IMG/VR virus record: IMGVR_UViG_3300010389_003143
Coordinates: 16,059 to 80,058 of that record
Length of the DNA stretch: 64,000 nt
Direction: 5' to 3' (one strand)
DNA from: a virus
Part shown: in pieces, positions 18,854-27,548 of the stretch
Layout of the letters: the number at the start of each line of letters is the position of its first letter
Numbering within the stretch: the first letter of the stretch is position 1
Notes under the pieces: model-generated
Database searches by the model: none
Told to the model about the DNA's origin: nothing
Seen by the model: the letters and a program-made list of their open reading frames with translations, nothing else
Made by a program: the position numbers and the translations under genes

Positions 18854-19012
18854 TTAACCTTTCGTTTTTTTGCTAATTCTATTAGATCTAGTCTTTCCCG
18901 GGATAGATATTAGCTTTGACACTCGGTTCTTTCTTACAACCTTCCCTTTAGTCGCAGAGTTAGTTCTTCTAGACGCAGTTCTTGTTCTTTTTTTATTACA
19001 GCCGCAACCCAT
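18854..19012 (-). CDS. 52-aa highly basic MGCGC protein (not in ORF track)
   Basis: AGGAG RBS; MGCGCNKKRTRTASRRTNSATKGKVVRKNRVSKLISIPGKTRSNRISKKTKG*; stop lies 3 nt before the next ATG. Confidence 0.7.
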   Translation of the reverse strand: MGCGCNKKRTRTASRRTNSATKGKVVRKNRVSKLISIPGKTRSNRISKKTKG

Positions 19013-19174
19013 AACATCTCCTATTTGCCTGCAAATATTAGCAGATTAAATTATTCCATAATAATCAAAAATTTGAACTACTTTCCGCCGCAGACGCTTT
19101 TATTGAAAAAATAAGTTTAGTAATATATTTTATATTATATTAATTTAACCCAATAAAATAGGGGCATTGTAAAT

Positions 19175-19948
19175 ATGAGAAAATTAATAAATTATTTATT
19201 TTATCTAGCAACGGTCATAGCGGTTGTCTTTATTGTAAAGAATATTATTAATTTCTCTAAAAAAATAATCACTTTAAATGAAAGCCAGTACACTGCCGAG
19301 TTCAGAAAAGAGATAATGCTAGAGCCAGTTGTTAAGCTTACTCAAATATCATATGAAACAATCGAAGAAGATGGAGAAGCTCAGTCTGCTGAAAGTGTTA
19401 CTTTTGCAACCGGATTTTCAGTAAAGTATGATCCAGAAGAGCACAAAACAGTCATACTTACAAACGATCATTTTTGTAACACGATGCATGACGAAACACT
19501 GCTGATGGTTGAGCAGTATGATTTGCAAATTATTTTCTTATCTGACTCAGAGTCTAACAAGCTCATCCTATCATCAGAAGAAGGCCTCGATTTGTGCGCT
19601 ATCGAGATATCTGCATACGTTAAGCCAGCAGAGCTTGCCGGAAGAGATTATTATACTGTGCCATTTCAGGAAATATTTATAATCGGCGGACCATCTGGAT
19701 ACTTCCCTATAATTGTTGATACTTATGCTTCCAGGATGATTGAAAGAAGCATAATCGCTATGGACGGAATGTATGATTTCGGTAATCCATTCCTGCTGAT
19801 ATCAGAGCAGGTTTTCCCGGGTCATAGCGGTAGCCCAATTTACACAAAAGACGGAAAAGTAATTGGAATACTCTTTGGGGCCCTAAGAACTTACGGCGGA
19901 CTAGCTGCAAGCAATAAAGATATTTATCTTTTCTTAGATTCTTTATGA
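19175..19948 (+). CDS. Membrane-anchored trypsin-like serine protease
   Basis: N-terminal TM helix; LTNDHFC, DLCAI, PGHSGSP triad. Confidence 0.82.
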   Translation: MRKLINYLFYLATVIAVVFIVKNIINFSKKIITLNESQYTAEFRKEIMLEPVVKLTQISYETIEEDGEAQSAESVTFATGFSVKYDPEEHKTVILTNDHFCNTMHDETLLMVEQYDLQIIFLSDSESNKLILSSEEGLDLCAIEISAYVKPAELAGRDYYTVPFQEIFIIGGPSGYFPIIVDTYASRMIERSIIAMDGMYDFGNPFLLISEQVFPGHSGSPIYTKDGKVIGILFGALRTYGGLAASNKDIYLFLDSL

Positions 19949-20484
19949 TTTCTTAGCTTATTTCTTAACTTCTTTATTTTCCCGGACTTTTTCCGTGCGT
20001 ATAAAGAAAAGAATGCAACGTCTATCATTTTTCCGCTAAGAGCAGCCTTTAGTGTGTCATTTGCAAAGTTTGCGGCCTCTATAGCCTCAACCCCCATCTG
20101 ATTTCTCTTTCCATCGGCGTTCTTTTGTGTGTATTTCTTGCTTATCTGCTCTACCTGCTCTGAGGAGACTCCGTACAAGATCATATTTGGCCTCAGCTTC
20201 TCAATAACATCGTCTAACTTTTTCTTTTCGTTCAAGGCATCTTGTATTTGAGAATTTTGATTGTTTGTGCAATCAAGCAGGCAGGTTTGACAGCTTTCCT
20301 TTAGCCCCAAGTTCCATAAATCACAAAGAAGAAATTGCCTCACCTCTTTCGGCTCGCCCTTAAGCTCTTCTTTGCAGGAATAAAAAATATTATTATCAAC
20401 GACAGTTGCAAATCCCTTGCAGTAACGGCTTTCTCGCAACTCTTTCGTCATTTTGCATGTTTTGGTGCAATCTATTTTTTTCAT
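19924..20484 (-). CDS. Cys-rich hypothetical protein
   Basis: Several Cys pairs (C..TC, CQTC...C); basic C-terminus. Confidence 0.55.
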   Translation of the reverse strand: MKKIDCTKTCKMTKELRESRYCKGFATVVDNNIFYSCKEELKGEPKEVRQFLLCDLWNLGLKESCQTCLLDCTNNQNSQIQDALNEKKKLDDVIEKLRPNMILYGVSSEQVEQISKKYTQKNADGKRNQMGVEAIEAANFANDTLKAALSGKMIDVAFFSLYARKKSGKIKKLRNKLRNHKESKKR

Positions 20485-20515
20485 GAAAATTACCAGATAT
20501 TAAATCTATCTTTTT

Positions 20516-20704
20516 TTAATCATCAGAGTTGCCCTTGTCTATATTATGATCAATTATAGCGACCCCTCTTTTCGGCCCCTCATCTTTCTCCGGTCGCTCA
20601 TCAGCCTGTGAAGGCAAAGGAGGCTCTCTATAAAGAGGAAGGCGAATTCTTTCGGATTCGCGCCTTATTTTTCTTATTATTGGAATGATATATTTCTTCA
20701 TCAA
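20516..20704 (-). CDS. Hypothetical protein
   Basis: ATGA overlap with the phoH stop. Confidence 0.5.
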   Translation of the reverse strand: MMKKYIIPIIRKIRRESERIRLPLYREPPLPSQADERPEKDEGPKRGVAIIDHNIDKGNSDD

Positions 20705-21996
20705 AGGATCCTGGCCGCATAATCTGCTAGAGGACTTCTCTCTCCCTTTAGAAGGGTTATATGTGAAGAAAGATCAAAATCCTTAAACTTTTCAACAATT
20801 GCTCCGAGCCCAGAGGTCGTTGAGTCAAGATGGGGCGCATCAATTTGCTCAAGATCGCCCAGCATTATGAGCTTTGAATCTTCGCCCATTCTAGTTATAA
20901 CGGCCTTCGCTTCGTTATAAGTAATATTCTGAGCCTCATCCAGTATCATGACGATATTTGGCAAGCTTCTTCCTCTAATATAAGATAGGGCCTCTATTTC
21001 TATGATTCCCTTTTCCATCATTATATCGAAATAATGAGAGCCATTTTTAAATAAAAGCTTGAAATTATCAACCATTGGCTGAATCCACGGAGCCATCTTT
21101 TCATTCTTATCTCCCGGCAAGAAGCCAATGTCTGCGCTTAGACTCTGGACGGGTCTCGATATAATAATTTTGTCATACCAGCCTTCATTTAGCATGTGGA
21201 TTGCTGCGCATGTAGCCATAAGGGTCTTTCCGGACCCAGCCTTCCCGCTGATTGTTGTCATATGAACATCGCGATCTAGCAGAGTTTCTAGGGCAAACAT
21301 TTGCTCCTTATTTCTTGGAACAATGCCCTGAACCTCAAAGCCTCTCTTGCTAGCATGGTTTAGCTTTTTTGCAAAACCATCCTTAAAACATGCAAGAGCA
21401 CTTTTTTGACCGCCCTTTAGAACTAGGAATTCATTTGGCTGATATAGGCCTTCGAGGGCAACCTTGCCATCGCAATAAAATTCATCAACCTTGTCTGGAG
21501 GCAGGTCAATAACGGAAACTCCAGTATAAGCACCCTTCCTATTTACTACGGCCTTATTTTTGCTGTAGTTCTCTGCCGGTATGCCTAGCGAATCACATTT
21601 AACCCTTACATTAATATCTCTTGATATTAGAACTACTTCTTCTTCTGAAAATTCAGGTAATCTTGATAACTTTAGGGCTGTGGCAATAATTCTATTGTCA
21701 GCGTTATCATCAAGCATTGGGTCTAGGTCGCTTTTTTGCAGTTGAGTGTAAACTTGAATTTCTTGACCATTATCAAGAGTTACTCCGTCTGCAAGCGACC
21801 CTCTTTCCCTTAATTCATCCAAGAATCTATTGACATACCGAGCAGAGTTGCCGACAGAATCCGATCTTGTTTTCAGGTTATCTATTTCTTCCAGAACGAC
21901 CATCGGTATAATGACCTTTTGATCAGCAAAAGCGTGTATTGAATCTTCATGATGCACTAACACTGATGTATCTAAAACAAATGTTTTCTTTTTCAC
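20701..21996 (-). CDS. phoH: PIN-domain PhoH-family ATPase
   Basis: PIN FVLDTSVL...EEID...DNRI...SRDINVR; Walker A GKAGSGKT; GFLPGD; YIRGRSL; DEAQN; GDLEQID. Confidence 0.93.
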   Translation of the reverse strand: MKKKTFVLDTSVLVHHEDSIHAFADQKVIIPMVVLEEIDNLKTRSDSVGNSARYVNRFLDELRERGSLADGVTLDNGQEIQVYTQLQKSDLDPMLDDNADNRIIATALKLSRLPEFSEEEVVLISRDINVRVKCDSLGIPAENYSKNKAVVNRKGAYTGVSVIDLPPDKVDEFYCDGKVALEGLYQPNEFLVLKGGQKSALACFKDGFAKKLNHASKRGFEVQGIVPRNKEQMFALETLLDRDVHMTTISGKAGSGKTLMATCAAIHMLNEGWYDKIIISRPVQSLSADIGFLPGDKNEKMAPWIQPMVDNFKLLFKNGSHYFDIMMEKGIIEIEALSYIRGRSLPNIVMILDEAQNITYNEAKAVITRMGEDSKLIMLGDLEQIDAPHLDSTTSGLGAIVEKFKDFDLSSHITLLKGERSPLADYAARIL

Positions 21997-22008
21997 TTTC
22001 TCTCCGAT

Positions 22009-22341
22009 TTATTCGATCTGGTCTTCTTCAATTGTCCAATGCTCTATTTCGACCTCATAATAGAGCGAGCCGTCCTTATCTTTTTTGAGCGTAAGAATGG
22101 GCCCTGCCCATTCTCCAATTAGCTCGCCGTTAAACTTAACCTCTAGAGCCTCAATGCTCTTATGCTCTATAACTTCAATGTCGTTATCTAACATATAATC
22201 CAAGATTTCATCTCTCTCCATTTCATCCATAGCCTCGACATCCAGGCCAATAAACCAAAACAGATCGCGCAGCCATTCTTGTCGTATTTCTTTTACGTCC
22301 CTTGAGTAGCCTACGCGATCTGTTAAAATTTTTGTTATCAT
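22009..22341 (-). CDS. Acidic hypothetical protein
   Basis: 110-aa ORF on the coding strand. Confidence 0.6.
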   Translation of the reverse strand: MITKILTDRVGYSRDVKEIRQEWLRDLFWFIGLDVEAMDEMERDEILDYMLDNDIEVIEHKSIEALEVKFNGELIGEWAGPILTLKKDKDGSLYYEVEIEHWTIEEDQIE

Positions 22342-22403
22342 TCTATATGATACCTAAATATTAGTCTCTATTTGCTTTTGTTTGCAATTTAAAAGATAAA
22401 TTA

Positions 22404-25058
22404 TTAATCCTCACTATATTCAACTACCTCGCCTGCTGTCTCTAGCTCTTCTGTGGGCTCATTTGGCTTTTCGCTCGGTGTTTTGTTAATCTGAATATCT
22501 TTCATTGATATTCCGCTCCAGTCACTTCTCTTGGGAGCCCAGGACTCCCACCACTTTGGAAAATCAAATCTTTCATCATGAATATAGTCACCGTCTCTTT
22601 CCGTGGGAATTAAATATTGATTATAAGCAACCGCCTTCTCTTCTTCTGTAAAATTATTCCAATTTGCCTCAATCCATAGGGCCAACCGCCTAACATCTTC
22701 CTTATATCCCTTGAGCTTTTCAATTATTGGTCTGGCCAGATTGCCGTTATAAAAATCTTTTGTTTTATTATCTATAACTTCATTTAACTTTGCAATTTTA
22801 GCTTCTAAGCTGTCCCCTATAATATTTTTAATACGTTCAAACTGTCTGTCTACTTCTTTTATAAAGCTTTCTGCTAAATCTAATTTAGCATCAGATTCAT
22901 TTGAATAAACATAAATAGAAAGCTTTAAATCTACGGTTCCAAATAATGAGCTATATGAATTAAGATTTACTTTTGCACTAAGATTTATATTGTTGAACAT
23001 TTTTCTATAATCAATGAGATCATCTGGCTTATAGAATGGAAAATTAAGTTGTTTTTTTGCATCTTCAAATTTTTGCTTTTCAATGCTATTCAGCAAGCTA
23101 AATATCTTCTTTTTTTCCTCATCTAAGTTTATTTTAAATAAAGTATCTTTTATTTCGCCATCAAGAGGGTTTATATAAGCAACATCTGTTAGGTTTATCC
23201 CAGCTTTTTCTAATTTGTCAACATTTAATTTTTCTAAATTATACTCTAGTACACCTGGCTTTGGAGAAATTAAGATTTCTCCGTCATAATCATCTTTGTC
23301 CCCAAACACATCAAGATTTGAAAGCAAAGCAGAATCCATCCTTTCTTCAAATAAATCAAAAGCTTTTGGCTTTATATATCCACCATCTACAAGTCCGCGT
23401 CTGATTTTTTCAATATACTGATCATATTTTGAATCTATGTCTCTTTCTGCCCATTCAAAAAAGTTAGATATATCATCCGGATTCATGCAGTCATCGCATC
23501 TAAAATCCAGATCAATAATTAGAGAGCCCGAAACAATATCTATGTTGTTAATTTCACCATACTCGTCATGCTCAAGAATATTTGTAAAGCCACGATCCTT
23601 TTGCTGAGCCCTATATGTTGTTGGAATACTTTTTAGCCCTCCCGGGTGTACAAATGCCCCCTCCTCCCATTTTGAACCCGAATCTTCCCAGCCATCAAGG
23701 TAGACTTCTGCTCTTAAGCTTACGCTTGCAGTAACCATTACTTCGTCGCCCCAATCAGCATGAACTTCTGCATCGGGGTATATATTTTCAAAGCTTGTTC
23801 TGTATTGATCCAGTATATCCTCAACCTCTTCGGCCCAAAGGTCGGCTACATCCTGTTCCCCCTCCTCAAGGTCTGTTTCAACGTTCCCGTAATACTCTGG
23901 TTCAACTCCTCCTTTTGAAAAAAAGCTATTAAGAATCTCTCCATCGGATGTGTCCCTATAACTTCCTCCATACATCTTTATTTCATCTTCTGGAGGGGGA
24001 ATCACCTCCCCCTCATTTTCAAATAGATGCTTTTGAGACTTCCATGCCCAATCCCTAACAACGTCTATAAAGCCAGGCGGAGTTCTTCCATAAGTTCTAT
24101 CTTCTGGAACGGCAAACTCGTATCCATCGTATTCATTTACATACTTTCTAAGCCTAACTCTAGAAGCAGGGGCGATTCCTTCTATATTTCTATTTATATC
24201 TCTAAATATCTCTTGCCCGTCTAGATCACCTATATTAATTCCATCAGCGTCTTCTGCGGTTGATCCGGGCGGCCTAAGGAGGTCGTTTAAATCAGAGTTT
24301 TCAACAAGATATGCAATAGGCCCATGCCCTCTTGATTCCTTTATTGCACAGTGAAAATAAGAATTACCCTCAGAATGGCAGGACCTTATATTTTCATGAT
24401 CGCTCATTCTCAGCACATCAATTGGATCTCTTGATATAAGAACTGAATATTTTTCTTCAAGATTACCATGGACAAATAATGATTCTATTTGCTTCCAGTT
24501 ATAATCCTTTGCATATTCGGCTTGCTTTTCCTGCCACCATTTAGACATCCACTCTGGAGCGCCCTCGTGGGGATTGGCCAAAACCTTTGATATAGAGGTT
24601 ATTTTATTTCGAGTTATTACTTCACCCGCCCTTGGACCGGATGGAATCTCCCTCTCTTCTTTTCTAAAAACCTTTAGATCTGGAACTTGCACTTTTACTG
24701 TATAAACTGAGCCCATAGCATTTTGCATCTTTTGATCTACTGTCTTTAGCTCAAAACGATTGCTTCCACCAGCTGGGGACCACCCTTTATCTCTTAAAAA
24801 ATCTACAACCTCGCTTAATTTTCCTGCATCTTCTGTTTCATAGGGAATTATAACTCTAAGTTTACCATCAAATAATTCGTCAAAGCTCAGCTTAGAATAA
24901 TCTTCATTTAGCCAATCTTTTAGCCTTTTTATTTCAACTTTAGAGACAGCATATTTATGTAACCTATTTATCTTTGAGGTTGATAAGGCTTCTTTTTTTA
25001 AATTATTTTCATAAAGCCATTTTTTTAATAAAGATAGTTTTTTCATCAATAAACCCAC
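22404..25058 (-). CDS. Large acidic hypothetical protein (likely start MKKLS at 25046)
   Basis: 884 aa; SRDPIDVLRMSD...SCHS motif; N-terminal leader resembling that of 229..402. Confidence 0.6.
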   Translation of the reverse strand: MGLLMKKLSLLKKWLYENNLKKEALSTSKINRLHKYAVSKVEIKRLKDWLNEDYSKLSFDELFDGKLRVIIPYETEDAGKLSEVVDFLRDKGWSPAGGSNRFELKTVDQKMQNAMGSVYTVKVQVPDLKVFRKEEREIPSGPRAGEVITRNKITSISKVLANPHEGAPEWMSKWWQEKQAEYAKDYNWKQIESLFVHGNLEEKYSVLISRDPIDVLRMSDHENIRSCHSEGNSYFHCAIKESRGHGPIAYLVENSDLNDLLRPPGSTAEDADGINIGDLDGQEIFRDINRNIEGIAPASRVRLRKYVNEYDGYEFAVPEDRTYGRTPPGFIDVVRDWAWKSQKHLFENEGEVIPPPEDEIKMYGGSYRDTSDGEILNSFFSKGGVEPEYYGNVETDLEEGEQDVADLWAEEVEDILDQYRTSFENIYPDAEVHADWGDEVMVTASVSLRAEVYLDGWEDSGSKWEEGAFVHPGGLKSIPTTYRAQQKDRGFTNILEHDEYGEINNIDIVSGSLIIDLDFRCDDCMNPDDISNFFEWAERDIDSKYDQYIEKIRRGLVDGGYIKPKAFDLFEERMDSALLSNLDVFGDKDDYDGEILISPKPGVLEYNLEKLNVDKLEKAGINLTDVAYINPLDGEIKDTLFKINLDEEKKKIFSLLNSIEKQKFEDAKKQLNFPFYKPDDLIDYRKMFNNINLSAKVNLNSYSSLFGTVDLKLSIYVYSNESDAKLDLAESFIKEVDRQFERIKNIIGDSLEAKIAKLNEVIDNKTKDFYNGNLARPIIEKLKGYKEDVRRLALWIEANWNNFTEEEKAVAYNQYLIPTERDGDYIHDERFDFPKWWESWAPKRSDWSGISMKDIQINKTPSEKPNEPTEELETAGEVVEYSED

Positions 25059-25074
25059 AATATGCTATTAAATA

Positions 25075-26583
25075 TTAGCTGAAAATCCAAAGCCTTTGAC
25101 CAGCATCATAAATCTTTGACCAACCCCATTCTTTAGCCTGCTCAGCTTGACTTAAGCCTCTCTTGTCCATATTGGCTCGACATCTAAGTCTATTATAGGT
25201 TTTTCTCTTATCGGTCCATCTAAAGCCAAGTGTTTCTCTTTCCATCTGAAAGCCTAGCTGCTGCAAATAATTACCCGTGCCATACCTTAGATCCGCCCAA
25301 TAATGAATCGGAAGCTTTTTTGAGTTATCTCTTATCTTAGATATAAGCCTTGAGGCTCCTCCGACAACAACCGTTTCAACTTTTGAGCATAGCCTTTCTA
25401 TCTTTAGATATTCTGAGTAAACCTTATAAGAAGCAGCCATAATAATTTCATCATTATGGATAAGACCAAAAGCAGGGGCGTTAAAGCTGCCCATTAGGTG
25501 ATTCTTTGAGAAAAACTCTCTTGCCTCTTCTGCGGTTAGTTTTCTAATCTTTGTTTTTCTGGCATAAAAAATCCTGCTTCTTCCTTCTGCATTATTTATC
25601 ATTGATTTTATTATTTCAATCTTATCGTAGACCTCATCTTCTCTAAACTGAAATATTCTCAAGCCAGAATCTTCAAAATCCTTCCTAAGGTTAAAGTGAT
25701 AATTTTTATCGACCCCATTAAAGTCGGAGTGCCAATAAAGTCCATCAACATTGATGGCAGTCAAGCTATTTAATTTAAAGTCCGGCTTATATCTTAATCC
25801 AGGGTATCTTTCAAGGTCAAAAGTCTTGTTATAAAATTCTAGCCCAAGCTCTCTTGATAAAAGTGTTTCTAAATGATTGTTTTTGTCACCATGACCACTT
25901 ATATATTCGGCCACATCCCCTGTAGTTATAATTCCCTCTCTTATTAGCCTGTAGGCATTCACAGGAGGTACAGAAGCTTCCAAGCAGGCCTGATTGACGG
26001 TTCTCCCGTCCTCTAGCGTGCTAATCAGACCCCTATCAATCTTTGTGGATATTATCTTTCTTACAACATCTTCGGATTGAGCCGGGTGTCTTACTCCAAG
26101 TTTTTTTAAGTTTGTTTCCTCCGCCTTATTCCTTACTTCAGAGTTCTGCATCGGATTTTCTACGCCATATTTTTCTTTTACAGATTTTTTTATCTTTTTC
26201 TTTATAACATCCGACTGAAATGAGTGCTCTACACCATATCTTTCCCTATTTGTCTGAACAACTTTTCTCATTCTAGCTTTCTGCTTTAAATTATTATCTT
26301 TTTTAATATTATTCTTTCTAAGAGCAGAAGCAATAGTCGGATCTGTGACGCCGGCCATTTTTGCCATGTCCACGGTTGACATATTTTTAACAATATAATT
26401 ATCGTAAAGCCACTCCTTATCTAGATGGTATTTTGGCCTAGATAAAGAGTACTTTCGAATTCGATCTTTAACATATTTGTATGATCGATTAATTTTCTTG
26501 GCTATTTGATTAATTGATAGCCCTTGATTTATGTAAAGATTTGTAAGCAGATCTTTAGTTAAATCTTCTTTTACCACCCCCAC
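25075..26583 (-). CDS. Free-standing homing-endonuclease-like protein (HTH, xKYGVE repeats, PD-(D/E)xK nuclease; Hef-like)
   Basis: Two HTH-like segments; ERYGVE/EKYGVE/KKLGVR repeats; KPDF...INVDGLYWH...FREDE; overlaps the nrdB stop. Confidence 0.65.
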   Translation of the reverse strand: MGVVKEDLTKDLLTNLYINQGLSINQIAKKINRSYKYVKDRIRKYSLSRPKYHLDKEWLYDNYIVKNMSTVDMAKMAGVTDPTIASALRKNNIKKDNNLKQKARMRKVVQTNRERYGVEHSFQSDVIKKKIKKSVKEKYGVENPMQNSEVRNKAEETNLKKLGVRHPAQSEDVVRKIISTKIDRGLISTLEDGRTVNQACLEASVPPVNAYRLIREGIITTGDVAEYISGHGDKNNHLETLLSRELGLEFYNKTFDLERYPGLRYKPDFKLNSLTAINVDGLYWHSDFNGVDKNYHFNLRKDFEDSGLRIFQFREDEVYDKIEIIKSMINNAEGRSRIFYARKTKIRKLTAEEAREFFSKNHLMGSFNAPAFGLIHNDEIIMAASYKVYSEYLKIERLCSKVETVVVGGASRLISKIRDNSKKLPIHYWADLRYGTGNYLQQLGFQMERETLGFRWTDKRKTYNRLRCRANMDKRGLSQAEQAKEWGWSKIYDAGQRLWIFS

Positions 26584-27548
26584 TCTCCGTCCATTCCTGA
26601 GGCATTATAGTCGGTTACACGTTTCTCGAAGAAGTTGCTCATAGTGTCTCCATTGAGAACCCAGTCTAGCCAAGGTAGGGGATTTTCTTTAACACCATAA
26701 TTTGGCTTTAGACCAAGCTGAATAAGCCTACGATCAGCAATATATCTGATGTACTGCTTCATTTCATCCGCAGTTAGGCCTTCGACCGGCCCTACAGCGT
26801 AAGCTAAATCGATAACTTTGTCCTCAAGCTTAACGGCAGTCTTGTACATCTCATAAATAGACTTTTTAAACTCATCATTAACAACTCTTGGGTGTTCTTC
26901 ACAGAATGTGCGGAAAAGCTTTGACATATATTGGACGTGAATGGTCTCGTCTCTTACTGACCACTCAACGATAGTACACATGCCCTTCATTTTTCCAAAT
27001 CTTTGGTAATTTAGAAGCATAACAAAAGCAGAAAAAAGAGACATACCCTCATTGCAAACAGATTGAGCCAGAGATAGCCCGATTCCTCTTTTTGAGGAAA
27101 CATTTGTGCTCTGCATGAACTCAAGCTTTTCAGCCATCTGCTCATATTCGAGAAAAGCCCAATATTCTTTTTCCTCAAGGCCCAGGGTATCATTCAAAAG
27201 AGCATAAGCACGCTGGTGAGTGCCCTCTCTATTTGCAAAGCTAAGCAGCATATTTCTTATTTCGTTATTTTTGAAAACAGGAATAAATAAGTCACAATAA
27301 TTTCCTCCGACCTGTACGTCAGTCTGAGTAAATAACCTTAAGATTTGGGTAATATGCTCTTTTTCGTGATGAGTAAGGGCCTTGCTCTTCCATTGGTTTA
27401 CATCCTCCTGTAATTCGGCCTCCCAGGTGCCCCAGTGAACCTTTTCATGGGCCTCCGCAGCCTCCATAGCCCATGGGTACTGAAATGGCTTGTAGGCCTC
27501 AGATGAATTTAGTAATCCGCCCCTATTTATCCCTGACATGATAGACAT
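26571..27548 (-). CDS. nrdB: Ribonucleotide reductase class Ia beta subunit
   Basis: YKPFQYPW, FTQTD, REGTHQRAY (Tyr radical), EGMSLFSAF, RDETIH, NFFE. Confidence 0.95.
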   Translation of the reverse strand: MSIMSGINRGGLLNSSEAYKPFQYPWAMEAAEAHEKVHWGTWEAELQEDVNQWKSKALTHHEKEHITQILRLFTQTDVQVGGNYCDLFIPVFKNNEIRNMLLSFANREGTHQRAYALLNDTLGLEEKEYWAFLEYEQMAEKLEFMQSTNVSSKRGIGLSLAQSVCNEGMSLFSAFVMLLNYQRFGKMKGMCTIVEWSVRDETIHVQYMSKLFRTFCEEHPRVVNDEFKKSIYEMYKTAVKLEDKVIDLAYAVGPVEGLTADEMKQYIRYIADRRLIQLGLKPNYGVKENPLPWLDWVLNGDTMSNFFEKRVTDYNASGMDGEWGW

